DNA from: Dehalococcoidia bacterium | Lineage (GTDB): Bacteria > Chloroflexota > Dehalococcoidia > DSTF01 > RBG-16-68-14 | DNA: 64,000 nucleotides | NCBI GenBank assembly: GCA_040882355.1 | Contig: JBBEBM010000054.1 | Coordinates: 1-64,000 of the forward strand | Direction of reading: 5' to 3' | Program-made: the position numbers and the translations under genes | Shown here: positions 9,710-19,567 of the stretch, piece after piece | Position numbering within the stretch: position 1 is the first letter of the stretch | Layout of the letters: every line of letters begins with the position of its first letter | Notes under the pieces: model-generated | Databases searched by the model: none | Told to the model about the DNA's origin: nothing | The model's input: the letters and a program-made list of their open reading frames with translations, nothing else

Positions 9710-10899
9710 TGTTCGCCGACCTCGTTTCGGCGGCCCTCTGGCCGCTGCTCGCGCTCTCCGCTGCCGCGTCGGCCTTCCTGCTGCTGCTCACGCTGGCGGC
9801 GCTGGCCTACCGCCCACGAACGCTACCGGCCGCCGGCCCGCGGAGGCGGTTTGCGATCATCGTGCCCGCTCACAACGAGGAGTTGCTCATCGGCGACTTG
9901 CTCGATAGCCTGGCCCGCCTCGCGTATCCTACGAACCGTTACGCCGTCCACGTCATCGCTGACAACTGCACGGACGCTACGGCGGAGGTCGCCGAGCGAC
10001 ACGGCGCCACGGTCCACATTCGCCAGGACGCGTCGCAGCCCGGCAAGGGCCAGGCGTTGCGCTGGGTGCTAGAGCGCCTGCGCGAGGATGGGGCGGATGC
10101 CTTCGCCTTCGTGGATGCGGACTCCCGGTTGTCCGAGAACTTCCTTGACGTGATGGATCGCCGGCTCGCTTCGGGAGGGTCGTCGGTCTTGCAGACCAGC
10201 TATCGCGTACAGGATCCCGAATCGGCGCCTCTCGTCGCATTGCGGGCGATGGGCTTCGCGCTGATGCACGACCTGCGCGGGCGCGGAAAGGCGCGCCTCG
10301 GCCTCTCGTGCGGGCTCTGGGGCAACGGCATGGTCTTCGCGCGACCCGTGCTGGACGCGATCGGGTGGCAGAGTTCCTCCGCCGTCGAGGACGCCGAACA
10401 GCACCTGCAGCTCCTCCTCCGGGGGGAGCGCGTCGCCTATGCGCCCGAAGGGCGCGTGTATGGCCACATGCCCGCGACCTTCGGCGCCGCCCGAGGCCAG
10501 CAACAGCGCTGGGAGGGCGGACGGAGGGGTCTCATCGGCCGGTACTGGCGTCCGCTGCTCCAGGCCAGCCTGCGCCAGCGACGCGCTTCGCCTGCCGCCG
10601 CGCTCATCGAGGCGGCGCTGCCGCCGCTCTCAGCGCTCTGTGTAGCGGCCGCCGTCCTCGGTGTCGCAGCCTGGGTGTGCGGTTCGCCAGGCCAGGTCGC
10701 GCTGAGCGCCGCCAACGTCGGGGGCCTCGCGAGCTACGTCGTCGTCGGTCTGCTGCTCTCAGGCCTGCCCGCACGCACGTACGTGGCGCTGGTCCACGCG
10801 CCTCGATTCGTCATCTGGAAGGTCTGGCTCTATCTACGGGAGCTGATCAGCCGCCGCCAGCCGGCCTGGACTCGCACCACGCGCGAGCGCCTCGGTTAG
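9709..10899 (+). CDS. Membrane GT2 glycosyltransferase
   Basis: IIVPAHNEE, ADNCTD, GKG, DAD, ED, QQQRW; N- and C-terminal TM segments. Confidence 0.9.
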   Translation: MFADLVSAALWPLLALSAAASAFLLLLTLAALAYRPRTLPAAGPRRRFAIIVPAHNEELLIGDLLDSLARLAYPTNRYAVHVIADNCTDATAEVAERHGATVHIRQDASQPGKGQALRWVLERLREDGADAFAFVDADSRLSENFLDVMDRRLASGGSSVLQTSYRVQDPESAPLVALRAMGFALMHDLRGRGKARLGLSCGLWGNGMVFARPVLDAIGWQSSSAVEDAEQHLQLLLRGERVAYAPEGRVYGHMPATFGAARGQQQRWEGGRRGLIGRYWRPLLQASLRQRRASPAAALIEAALPPLSALCVAAAVLGVAAWVCGSPGQVALSAANVGGLASYVVVGLLLSGLPARTYVALVHAPRFVIWKVWLYLRELISRRQPAWTRTTRERLG

Positions 10900-11666
10900 T
10901 GTCCTTCGTCCGTCGCTGGTAGCGCGATGCAGAAGCGCGCGCCATCCGCCGCGCCCGACTCAACCCACGCGCGCCCGCCGTGCGCCTCGGCAAGCGACTT
11001 CACGATGTGCAGGCCGAGTCCCTGTCCACCACCGTTCGCACCGGCGAGCCGCACGAACGGCTTGAACACCACCGTGCGCATCTCCTCGGGGATTCCCGGT
11101 CCTTCGTCTTCGACTTCCAGCGCCACCTCCGGGTGAGCGCTGTCCGGCATGCGCAACCGCGCGAGCACGGTGCTCCCGCGCGGCGAGTACTTGAAGGCGT
11201 TGTTCAGCAGGTTCTCGAGCATGCGGCGGAGCTTATCGCGGTCGGCCCGCACCTTGAGGCCGGAAGCGGGCAGCTCGACCATGAGCCTGTGGGTGGGCTG
11301 GAACTCCTGATACTCCTTGCAGATCTCTCGAACGAGGTCCGTCAGGTCGACGACGGCAGGGTGGAGGCGGATCTCGCCGGACTCCAGGTTCGCGTACTCA
11401 ACGAGGTCCTGGATCATGTTCTGGAGGCGCTGCGCCTGCCGCTGGATGACCGTGATGAGATGCGTCGAGTCGTCCGGCTGGAGCTCCTGCTCAAGCAGCT
11501 CGGCCGACGTGGCGATCGTCGTGAGCGGCCCGCGCATGTCGTGGGCGACCGCCGCCGCGAACTCGATCGGGCCCTTCAGCGGCAGCGCCAGCTCCGTCCC
11601 GCCGTTGAGCCGGGCCGGTGGTGTCGACTTGCGGGGCGGACGGCGGTTCGTCGTGCTACTCCCCAT
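10896..11666 (-). CDS. Histidine kinase (HisKA+HATPase) lacking a sensor domain
   Basis: AHDMRGPL, NLLNNAFKYS, DEGPGIP, FKPF, GQGLGL; no TM segment. Confidence 0.9.
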   Translation of the reverse strand: MGSSTTNRRPPRKSTPPARLNGGTELALPLKGPIEFAAAVAHDMRGPLTTIATSAELLEQELQPDDSTHLITVIQRQAQRLQNMIQDLVEYANLESGEIRLHPAVVDLTDLVREICKEYQEFQPTHRLMVELPASGLKVRADRDKLRRMLENLLNNAFKYSPRGSTVLARLRMPDSAHPEVALEVEDEGPGIPEEMRTVVFKPFVRLAGANGGGQGLGLHIVKSLAEAHGGRAWVESGAADGARFCIALPATDEGH

Positions 11667-12507
11667 AGCCGGCCACCTCAAGCTCCAGAGTGTCCTTGCG
11701 CGTCAGCCGCATCCGGCGAGCCGTCTCGGCTAGCAGAAGTCGACCGGCGAAGGGAGCATCCTGTAGGAGATACCTTCGCCAGAGGCGACGAGGCTCGCTG
11801 TAGAGCCGGTGCATCCACTCCAAGCCCAGGCGTTGCATCGGCCTTGGAGCCCGCGCGACAGTTCCGTTCAGGAAGTTGAACGAGCCGCCGACGCCGATGG
11901 AGACGGGCACGCCCAGTGTTTCGCGGTGGTCGTGGATCCAGAGGTCTTGCTTTGGACAACCAAACGCGACGAACAGCGCATCGGGCCTGGCGGCTTTGAC
12001 ACGCGATACGATCTCGTCGTCGAGTGCTGCCGGGAAGGGGTACGCGTACTCGGGCGGCGAATAGGCGCCGCAGACCTGCGCTCCGGGAAAGCGCTCCTCG
12101 AGAACGCTTGCCGCTTGCTCCGCCACGCCGGGCCCCGCGCCCAGCAGGAACATCCGATAGCCGTGCTCCGCCGACAGGGCCGCGCAGGCCTCGATCAGAT
12201 CGGGCCCCGTGACGCGCTCGCACGTCCCGAGGCCTAAGTAGTGGGCGATCCAGACGAGCGGCGCGCCGTCAGGCACGGCCAGGTCGGCGCCGTTGATGAT
12301 CTGGTTGAACTGTGGGAGTGTCTTCGCGATCCGGAGGAAGTCCAGGTTCACCGTGACGACCTGGCGAGGACGTCCCTCCTGGAAGAATGCGCCGAGGCGT
12401 TCCGCGGCGGAGCGCCGGTCGACCGCGTGCACCCAGGTGTCGAATACTCGGATGCGAGGGGCTGTTGGGTGATGGCCGTTCGTGGAAGTCTGCGGCTGGA
12501 TCTGCAT
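11656..12507 (-). CDS. WecB/TagA/CpsF (GT26) glycosyltransferase
   Basis: VTVN, VPDG, RVTGPDL, VAFGCPKQD, GVGGSF, RAP...GLEW..RL..EP.RLWRRY. Confidence 0.95.
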   Translation of the reverse strand: MQIQPQTSTNGHHPTAPRIRVFDTWVHAVDRRSAAERLGAFFQEGRPRQVVTVNLDFLRIAKTLPQFNQIINGADLAVPDGAPLVWIAHYLGLGTCERVTGPDLIEACAALSAEHGYRMFLLGAGPGVAEQAASVLEERFPGAQVCGAYSPPEYAYPFPAALDDEIVSRVKAARPDALFVAFGCPKQDLWIHDHRETLGVPVSIGVGGSFNFLNGTVARAPRPMQRLGLEWMHRLYSEPRRLWRRYLLQDAPFAGRLLLAETARRMRLTRKDTLELEVAGYGE

Positions 12508-12854
12508 CAGTTGCTGTTCGCTCCTGCGGGCTGCCTTATCACGTCGATGGTGCGGTACTCCTTGCGACGGTACTCCGTCATCTGGTCTCGTCTAAGATCA
12601 ACGATGTAGACCCTGAGACTCTTACCGGTGGCGGCGAACAGATAGGAGCAGACCGTGTCCCGTAGCTGCTCATCCTCGCCGATCACCTCCAGCAGGACCG
12701 TGACCTCTTGCTCAGGGCCCAGATCCAGGGGTCGGGCGACGGCCTCAGGCAGCGGGCGCGTCCGAACCGTATTCGCCCAGCCCGAAAGGAGCTTGGCGAA
12801 TACGTCTCGGAACAACGCCGAGCGAAACAGGATCAGTGCCGTCCCTGCCACCAT
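12507..12854 (-). CDS. Hypothetical protein (115 aa)
   Basis: GAAGGAG upstream; stop abuts the WecB start. Confidence 0.6.
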   Translation of the reverse strand: MVAGTALILFRSALFRDVFAKLLSGWANTVRTRPLPEAVARPLDLGPEQEVTVLLEVIGEDEQLRDTVCSYLFAATGKSLRVYIVDLRRDQMTEYRRKEYRTIDVIRQPAGANSN

Positions 12855-13083
12855 GTGCCACCCGTGGGCCCCGGCTCCTTCCCTCAGTCACGAGCCAGGG
12901 CGCCGCTTCCGTGCGTTCCCACCCGGGATCCCTGCTATGATCTGTTCATCGTAAGGTGGGCGGCAGGCTCCGCGAATCACCGCAAGGGCTTAGTTATGTC
13001 TCGTCCGATCCGACGTGGTAGGTAGGCCGTCCAGCCTAGTCCAGGTCATAACGCGCCGCCTCAGGTCAGTGTGTGACCTTACC

Positions 13084-13126
13084 TTAACCGCGCCTCAACC
13101 CGCTCTCAACGGAGCCTGGCTAGCAT
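13084..13126 (+). promoter_or_regulatory. TCAAC box + -10 of the wzz operon
   Basis: TTAAC-N6-TCAAC-N6-TCAAC-N10-TAGCAT. Confidence 0.7.
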
Positions 13127-13192
13127 CAAATTGTAGCTGGATGAATCTTCCCCCGTTATATCCCTGCGGGCGGATGCGTTGTAGGAGAGGTT

Positions 13193-14227
13193 ATGAGTCT
13201 TCGCATGCTTGACCTTGTGTTTCGCCACAAAGTGCTGCTCATCGTGCCGGTGCTGCTCGGCCTGGTGCTGGGCATCGCCTGGTTCGTATCCAGCATGAAG
13301 GACGAGTACGTCTCAGATGCTTCCATCAAGGTGGAGCGTCCCTCATTCCTGCCAACCGCGTTCGAGTTCAACCCGTACCTCTCCGCCGCTCAGAACCAGA
13401 CCGAAGCGATGGTGGAGCTGCTCCCGACGGACACCTTCAGCGCTGCGGTCCTGGCGCGCGCCAACGATCAGATCGGTGAATGTGGCGTGCCCGCCCTGAC
13501 CTACTATGATCTGCTCGGCGGCACGTCGATCACGCCCGCGGGAAACACGATCGTGAGCTTGTCCTATCGCTCGAGTTCGCGTTGTGTCGCCCCAATTGTT
13601 GTTCAAGCGCTCTACGATGAGTACACCGGGGTCTTCGATCTCAAGGTCCAAGCGGACGCTGAGGAAGCCGTGAAGTTCTACACAGGCCAGCTCGATATCG
13701 CGGCCCAGAACCAGGTCACGGCGACCGGAGATTTCAGAGCGTACGTCAGTACGCGGCCTGAATATGCGAACATCGTCGACATCACGAAGCCAGGGGCGGA
13801 GGCGATCGCCGACGAGCAGTATCTCCGCCTTTCTTCGGCGGTCCAGATTTACAAGGACAACTACCAGGTCACGCTTGCCCAGCTTCAAGCAGCGCAAGAC
13901 TTGGCCAACGCCTCCACGAGCGGCTCAGCGACCTTCGAGCTGTATGACCCGCCTAATGAGCCGAACCTGCCGATTGCGCTTGGAACGCGGGCAGTGGCAA
14001 CCAAGCCGGTGATGGGACTCGCGGCTGGCCTCATCGTCAGCGCGGGGCTCTTCTTCGTGCTGTGGCGCCGAGACCGAACGGTGCGCATGGCCACGGACCT
14101 GAACTTCCTGGGCAACGGCGCACCGGTCATGAGCCTGCCCACCCTGCGCTCCAACCGGCGCCGCTGGCCGCGGTCGTTCGTCAGGCTGGCGACGGGTCTC
14201 ACAAACGGAATGAACCACCTTGGCTAG
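13193..14227 (+). CDS. Polysaccharide co-polymerase / chain-length determinant (Wzz/CapA-like)
   Basis: Two TM helices flanking a coiled-coil extracytoplasmic region, YVSDASI, DPP..P motif; AGGAGAGG RBS. Confidence 0.75.
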   Translation: MSLRMLDLVFRHKVLLIVPVLLGLVLGIAWFVSSMKDEYVSDASIKVERPSFLPTAFEFNPYLSAAQNQTEAMVELLPTDTFSAAVLARANDQIGECGVPALTYYDLLGGTSITPAGNTIVSLSYRSSSRCVAPIVVQALYDEYTGVFDLKVQADAEEAVKFYTGQLDIAAQNQVTATGDFRAYVSTRPEYANIVDITKPGAEAIADEQYLRLSSAVQIYKDNYQVTLAQLQAAQDLANASTSGSATFELYDPPNEPNLPIALGTRAVATKPVMGLAAGLIVSAGLFFVLWRRDRTVRMATDLNFLGNGAPVMSLPTLRSNRRRWPRSFVRLATGLTNGMNHLG

Positions 14228-14237
14228 AGAGGCAGAT

Positions 14238-15002
14238 ATGCGCGCGGAAGCCATCAACACCAAGAGGCTCGGGCGATCACGGGCCCGCAAGCCCGCCCTG
14301 AGCGCCAGCGAGGAACGCAATCAGCTCCTGGCCGAGATCAAGGACGACATCGCGATCGCGTGCCCCGAGTACGCCGATCTGGCGAAGACGCTCCGCAGCT
14401 TTGCCGCGCGTTACCTGGTCAAGGAGGAGCCGCAAGGGCTGCTCCTGGGCGTCGTGAGCGCTGAGAGCGGCGAGGGGCGGACAACCGTCAGCCTTGGTCT
14501 GGCTGGTGCGCTCGCCGATATGTGCGCGAATGTCGTCTTGATCGAGATGGCCGCTCAACAGGGGAGCCAGCCGTCGTTCACCGAGGAGTTGGGCCTCAGC
14601 CCTAGCGCAGGCCTGGCCGGCGTTCTCCAGGAACGCGCGTCGATCGAGGACGTGGTGCAGCCCACAGCGAAGGGCAACCTCTGGATCCTCCCGGCAGGCC
14701 AGAACGGCAAACATGATGGTCGGGTGCTGTCGCCGAGCGCGACACGCGCGCTGCTGGCTAAGTTGCGCGGCCGGTACGCCGTGTCCCTGTTCGATGTGCC
14801 TGCCGTGCTCGAGGACGAGGAAGCGCCGTCCTTCGTCGGCCAGCTAGACGGGGCGGTCCTGGTGGTCTCGGCCGGAAAGACGACGGTCGACGAGGTCAAC
14901 GCTACTATGGCGCTTCTGGGGGACGTGCCCCTGCGGGGCGTTCTCCTGAACCAGGTCCACGAGCATGCTCCCCGCTGGCTGGCCTCGCTCCTCGAGGCAT
15001 AG
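14238..15002 (+). CDS. CpsD/CapB-family BY-kinase-like protein (degenerate)
   Basis: VVSAESGEGRTT, NLWILPAG, FDVPA, DGAVLVV, GVLLN. Confidence 0.8.
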   Translation: MRAEAINTKRLGRSRARKPALSASEERNQLLAEIKDDIAIACPEYADLAKTLRSFAARYLVKEEPQGLLLGVVSAESGEGRTTVSLGLAGALADMCANVVLIEMAAQQGSQPSFTEELGLSPSAGLAGVLQERASIEDVVQPTAKGNLWILPAGQNGKHDGRVLSPSATRALLAKLRGRYAVSLFDVPAVLEDEEAPSFVGQLDGAVLVVSAGKTTVDEVNATMALLGDVPLRGVLLNQVHEHAPRWLASLLEA

Positions 15003-15029
15003 CCCCGGCGCATCAGAGGAAACCCCCGC

Positions 15030-15167
15030 ATGAACCTGATGATGCTCGGCCTGTTCGGCTTCATTGCCCTGGGCCTGCTGCGCGCGCCCGACCTGCGCAC
15101 CCACCTGCTGGTGCTCGTCATCGCTATCTGCCTCGTTTCGGCGTACTGGCTGACAGGACGGGTCTAA
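15030..15167 (+). CDS. Small two-TM membrane protein (45 aa), absent from the ORF track
   Basis: MNLMMLGLFGFIALGLLRAPDLRTHLLVLVIAICLVSAYWLTGRV*; AGAGGA RBS; fills the operon gap. Confidence 0.65.
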   Translation: MNLMMLGLFGFIALGLLRAPDLRTHLLVLVIAICLVSAYWLTGRV

Positions 15168-15172
15168 CAGGG

Positions 15173-16684
15173 ATGCAGCGAGCCTATATCCTCCCGTCCG
15201 CGTCCGCCCCGCGCCGCGAAGAGCCGGCGCGCAGCGGGTCGCTCGCGATAGCACTGCTCGCCGCGGGCGCGGCGCTGGCCTGCGCCGCGCTGGTCCCGGT
15301 ACCCGAGCTCTGGGTGATCGCCGCTCTGGCCGTTGGAATCCTCATTGTCGTCGAACCGAGACTGGGCCTGTATCTCGCGGCCGTCGCGGTCGGCCTGGAG
15401 TCGGTGACGTTTGGCGCGCCGGACTCGCCATTCCGCTACCTGTTCCTTGCGATCGGCTCCTCGACGCCGCTCTCCGGCCTGGCGATCAGTCCAGTCGAAC
15501 TGCTCGTCCTGTGGACGACCATCGCCTGGGCCGTCCGCAGCGCGGCGCAAGGGAGCTGGCGCCTCCCGAACCGGTACTTGATGGCGGGCGCGGTCTGTTC
15601 GTTCGTGCTGTTCCTGCTCGCCGTCCAGTACGGTGTGAGCCGGGGCGCGGACCTGACGCTGGCGCTGTGGGAAGTGCGGCCGATGCTGGCCGTCCTACCG
15701 CTGATGCTCATCACGACCGGGCTCGTCACCGAGCGCCGGCACCTTGCCGAGCTCGGAGCCGTGCTCTTTTGCTCGCTCCTGGTCATGGCAGGTGAGCAGT
15801 TCTGGGAGTACCTGTTTCACGTCCGCGGCGCGTATGGCGGAGCGCTGGACCTGGCATTCACGCACGAAAACGGCCCGCTGATCGCGCTGGTCATGGTCAT
15901 CGCGGCAAGTTGGGCGCTCTGGGGACCGAACCCTCGCCAGCGACTGATCGCACTTGCAATTGCCGTCCTTACGGGCATCGTGCTGCTCACGATGCGACGC
16001 CGAGCAGGTCTGGTGGCGGGCGAAGCGGGACTATTGCTGGTGGGGCTCGTGCTCCTGGTGAAGGACCGCCGGCGGTTTATGATCATCGCTCCTATCGCAG
16101 CAGCCGCAGCCGTGGTCTACCTTGGCGTCTACTGGAACGACCCGAACACGCTGGGACAGCCGGCACGCGCCTTCCGCAGCGTCTTCGACACCGAGTCGCT
16201 CGGTGCGCGCGACCAGGCCTCGGACGACTACCGCTTCAAGGAGACGCAAAACGTCTGGTGGAACATCCAGGCCCAGCCAACGCGCGGCCTTGGTTTTGGC
16301 ATGGAGTACCCCAAGCCACAACCGATGCCCGATCTCACCAACTTCTGGCCCTTCTGGCCGCAAATCCCTCACAACACCATCCTCTGGGTGTGGCTCAAGG
16401 CAGGCGTCTTCGCCTTCGTCGCGTTCTGGTTCCTGGTCGGGGCCGCGTGTTCTCAGGCCGCTGCCGTGATCAAGTCCAGCCGGGACCCTCTGATTATCAC
16501 CGCGGCCTCGGCGGTGCTCGCATACATCGTGATGCTATTGATGTTCTCTTACGTGGACCTGGGGCTGCTCAATCCGAGGCTGATGATGCTGTTCGGCATG
16601 TTCCTTGGACTGGTCCCCGTGCTCCAGCACTTCGCCGCTGCGGACAGCCTGAGCCTGCCTACCACCGAGGAGGCAGCGGCATGA
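15173..16684 (+). CDS. O-antigen ligase / Wzy-type polymerase
   Basis: About 12 TM segments, RRAG, YR...GLGFG...PHNTILW motif. Confidence 0.85.
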   Translation: MQRAYILPSASAPRREEPARSGSLAIALLAAGAALACAALVPVPELWVIAALAVGILIVVEPRLGLYLAAVAVGLESVTFGAPDSPFRYLFLAIGSSTPLSGLAISPVELLVLWTTIAWAVRSAAQGSWRLPNRYLMAGAVCSFVLFLLAVQYGVSRGADLTLALWEVRPMLAVLPLMLITTGLVTERRHLAELGAVLFCSLLVMAGEQFWEYLFHVRGAYGGALDLAFTHENGPLIALVMVIAASWALWGPNPRQRLIALAIAVLTGIVLLTMRRRAGLVAGEAGLLLVGLVLLVKDRRRFMIIAPIAAAAAVVYLGVYWNDPNTLGQPARAFRSVFDTESLGARDQASDDYRFKETQNVWWNIQAQPTRGLGFGMEYPKPQPMPDLTNFWPFWPQIPHNTILWVWLKAGVFAFVAFWFLVGAACSQAAAVIKSSRDPLIITAASAVLAYIVMLLMFSYVDLGLLNPRLMMLFGMFLGLVPVLQHFAAADSLSLPTTEEAAA

Positions 16685-17586
16685 CCAAGATGTCCGCGGT
16701 GATCTGCACCAAAGGGCGCCCTGACCTGATCGGGCAGGCCGTGGGCAGCGTCCTCGCGAACGAGCACCCGTCATTCGAGCTGCTGGTGATCGACCAGAGC
16801 TCCGACGATTCGACGGAGCGCGCTCTCGACGCGTATCGAAGCGATGAGCGCCTTCGTTATGTCCACTTAGACCGCGTGGGCCTCTCCGCGGCCTACAACA
16901 CCGGCATTGCGCTGAGCGCGGCGCCGCTGCTGGCCTTCACCGACGACGACTGCATCGCGCCGCCGGACTGGCTGGCGGCGATCGAACGCGCCTTCCAGCG
17001 GCACGCCGACGTCGAGCTGCTCTACGGCCAGACGCTGACGGCGCCGGAGCTGAAGGCCGCCGCCGGCGTTGTGCCCGAGCTGGCGATCAGGCGCGAGGAG
17101 AAGCTGGGCAAGGAGCAGGGCTTTCGCATCTACGGCATGGGCGCCAACTTCGCCATGCGCCGCTCGCTGATCGAGCGGATCGGCGGCTTCGATGAGGCGC
17201 TGGGTGGGGGCGGACCGCTTCGCTCGTCACAGGACTTCGATTTCCAGTACCGGGCGTTTCGATCGGGCGCCGTCTGCCTGCTCTCGCCCGAGGTCTGGGT
17301 GCACCACTACGGCATCCGGCGCGGCCAGGAGTGGACCGACACCATGACGGCCTACGGTGTCGGCGACGGGGCCTTCTACATGAAGCACGTGCGCTGCGGC
17401 GATCTGACGGCGCTACGACTGCTGCTCGGCCGTGTAAGCCGCTTGCTTGCCCGCGAGATGGTCAATCCGATCCGTCGCAAGCCGACTCAGTGGCCCTACC
17501 TGCGCTCCTACTTCGAGGGCATGCGGCGCAGCCTGCGATACGACATCGACCGGGAGAAGCGGCTCTACCGGCTGGCCGGGAGCTAA
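16681..17586 (+). CDS. Glycosyltransferase family 2
   Basis: SAVICTKGR, IDQS, FTDDDC, GANFAM, GGFDE. Confidence 0.92.
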   Translation: MTKMSAVICTKGRPDLIGQAVGSVLANEHPSFELLVIDQSSDDSTERALDAYRSDERLRYVHLDRVGLSAAYNTGIALSAAPLLAFTDDDCIAPPDWLAAIERAFQRHADVELLYGQTLTAPELKAAAGVVPELAIRREEKLGKEQGFRIYGMGANFAMRRSLIERIGGFDEALGGGGPLRSSQDFDFQYRAFRSGAVCLLSPEVWVHHYGIRRGQEWTDTMTAYGVGDGAFYMKHVRCGDLTALRLLLGRVSRLLAREMVNPIRRKPTQWPYLRSYFEGMRRSLRYDIDREKRLYRLAGS

Positions 17587-17592
17587 CCACCG

Positions 17593-18963
17593 ATGCGAAT
17601 CCTGATCATCGGCGCGGGACCGACGGGCCTGGGAGCGGGCTACCGGCTACAGGAGCTGGGCCACGACGACTGGCGCTGCTACGAGGCGTCTGACCACGTC
17701 GGCGGGCTGGCGAGCAGCGTGACGTCGAACGGCTTCGTGTACGACACCGGCGGCCACGTCATGTTCTCGCACTACGAGTACTTCGACAGGCTCGTCGACA
17801 AGATGCTCGGCGACGCCTACAGCGAGATCAGCCGCGAGAGCTGGATCTGGATGCAGGACCGCTGGGTGCCCTATCCGTTCCAGAACAATCTGCGTCACCT
17901 GGACAGCGAGTCGATCATCGAGTGCGTGCTGGGCCTCGCTAACGGGCGCACTGACCCGGAAGACGCGCGCAACTTCCGGGACTGGACGCTCGCCGTCTTC
18001 GGCGAAGGCATCGCCCGCCACTTCATGTTCCCTTACAACTGGAAGGTGTGGGCGCATCCGCTTGAGATGATGGACAAGCAGTGGATCGCCGAGCGCGTCG
18101 CGGTCGTCGACCTGGAGCACACGCTGCGAAACATCCTGGGCACCTCGGACGACTCGCGCTGGGGGCCGAACGCCACCTTCAAGTTCCCGCTCCGCGGCGG
18201 CACAGGCGGCCTCTACGAGCCGTTCGTACCGTACGTCGGGCCGAACATGAGACTCAACACCCGCGTCGAGCAGATCGACACGGCCCGGAAGGTCGTGCGG
18301 CTGAGCGACGGCAGCGAAGACCGCTACGACGTGCTCCTCAACACGATGCCGCTCACGGAGCTCATGCCGCGCCTATCCGACGCGCCCGACGGCGCGCTGG
18401 CGAGCGCGCGCCGGCTCTCGTGGAGCAGCGGCCTCTTCGTCGGGCTGGGGATTGAACGCCGGTGCCCGAGCGACAAGTGCTGGATCTACTTCCCTGAGGA
18501 CAACGCGCCGTTCTATCGCATCACTTACCTGAGCAACTACTCGCCGCACATGGCGCCGGACCAGGGCCACTTCAGCATCATCACGGAGACTTCCGCCTCC
18601 ATCTGGAAGGCGGAAGACCGCAACACGATCGTCGAGCGGACGGTCCAGGGGCTGATCAACACCCGCATCCTCGAAGAGTCGGACCGCGATCGCATCGTCG
18701 ACCGGACGCTGATCGAGGTGCCCTACGCCTACCCCACGCCGACGATCGAACGCGACCCGGCGCTGGCGGTGCTCCAGCCGTTCCTGATGGAGCGCGACAT
18801 CTACTCGCGCGGACGCTTCGGCGCCTGGCTCTACGAGATCGGCAACATGGACCACTCCGTGATGCAGGGAGTGGAGTTTGTCAACCACGTGCTGTTGGGA
18901 GAGCCTGAGGAGACGTGGACGGCCCGCGAGGCGCCCGCCCGCGCCGCCGCCGTCAAGCGATGA
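17593..18963 (+). CDS. FAD oxidoreductase, probable eukaryote-type UDP-galactopyranose mutase
   Basis: GAGPTG, GGHVMFSHY, WVPYPFQNN, WGPNATFKFP..GGTG, SRGRFGAW.YE.GN.DHS. Confidence 0.75.
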   Translation: MRILIIGAGPTGLGAGYRLQELGHDDWRCYEASDHVGGLASSVTSNGFVYDTGGHVMFSHYEYFDRLVDKMLGDAYSEISRESWIWMQDRWVPYPFQNNLRHLDSESIIECVLGLANGRTDPEDARNFRDWTLAVFGEGIARHFMFPYNWKVWAHPLEMMDKQWIAERVAVVDLEHTLRNILGTSDDSRWGPNATFKFPLRGGTGGLYEPFVPYVGPNMRLNTRVEQIDTARKVVRLSDGSEDRYDVLLNTMPLTELMPRLSDAPDGALASARRLSWSSGLFVGLGIERRCPSDKCWIYFPEDNAPFYRITYLSNYSPHMAPDQGHFSIITETSASIWKAEDRNTIVERTVQGLINTRILEESDRDRIVDRTLIEVPYAYPTPTIERDPALAVLQPFLMERDIYSRGRFGAWLYEIGNMDHSVMQGVEFVNHVLLGEPEETWTAREAPARAAAVKR

Positions 18964-19559
18964 CCGAGATCACGGTCCCGACCGCCGCGAGCGAACCGGG
19001 CCGCCTGGCCCGGGCGCTGCGCTACGGAGCGAAGGCGGTGCGTTCGCCAGAGGTCGTTGCGCAGGTGCTACGCGCCCACTGGCAGCTCCACCGCTGCGAC
19101 CGCGTGCCATCGACCGTCCGCTTGCGCGGCCGCGTCTTCGTCGAGAATCACGGCCGGATCGAGCTGGGCGAGCGCGTGCGCATCGAGGCGCGCACCGTGC
19201 CCGTCGAGCTTGCTTGCTGGCGTGAGGCGACGATCAGCGTGGGCGACGGGACGTTCCTCAACTACGGCGTCTCGCTCTCTGCCCACCGCAGCGTGATTAT
19301 CGGCGAGAACTGCCTCGTGGGCAACTACGTCGTGATCATGGACAGCGACTACCACGACCTCACCGACCGCACCCGCCCGGGCGAGGCCGCGCCAATCGTG
19401 ATCGAAGACGATGTCTGGCTCGGCACGCGCGCCACGGTACTCAAGGGCGTGCGCATCGGGCGCGGCGCTGTCGTCGGCGCTGGAGCCGTGGTCACAGAAG
19501 ACATCCCGCCCCGTTCGCTCGCCTTCGGCGTGCCCGCGCGGGTCGTGCGTAAGCTCTGA
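18960..19559 (+). CDS. Hexapeptide-repeat acyltransferase
   Basis: DSDYH, PIVIEDDVWLG..VLKGVRIG, GVPARV. Confidence 0.9.
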   Translation: MTEITVPTAASEPGRLARALRYGAKAVRSPEVVAQVLRAHWQLHRCDRVPSTVRLRGRVFVENHGRIELGERVRIEARTVPVELACWREATISVGDGTFLNYGVSLSAHRSVIIGENCLVGNYVVIMDSDYHDLTDRTRPGEAAPIVIEDDVWLGTRATVLKGVRIGRGAVVGAGAVVTEDIPPRSLAFGVPARVVRKL

Positions 19560-19567
19560 GGCCTAGC

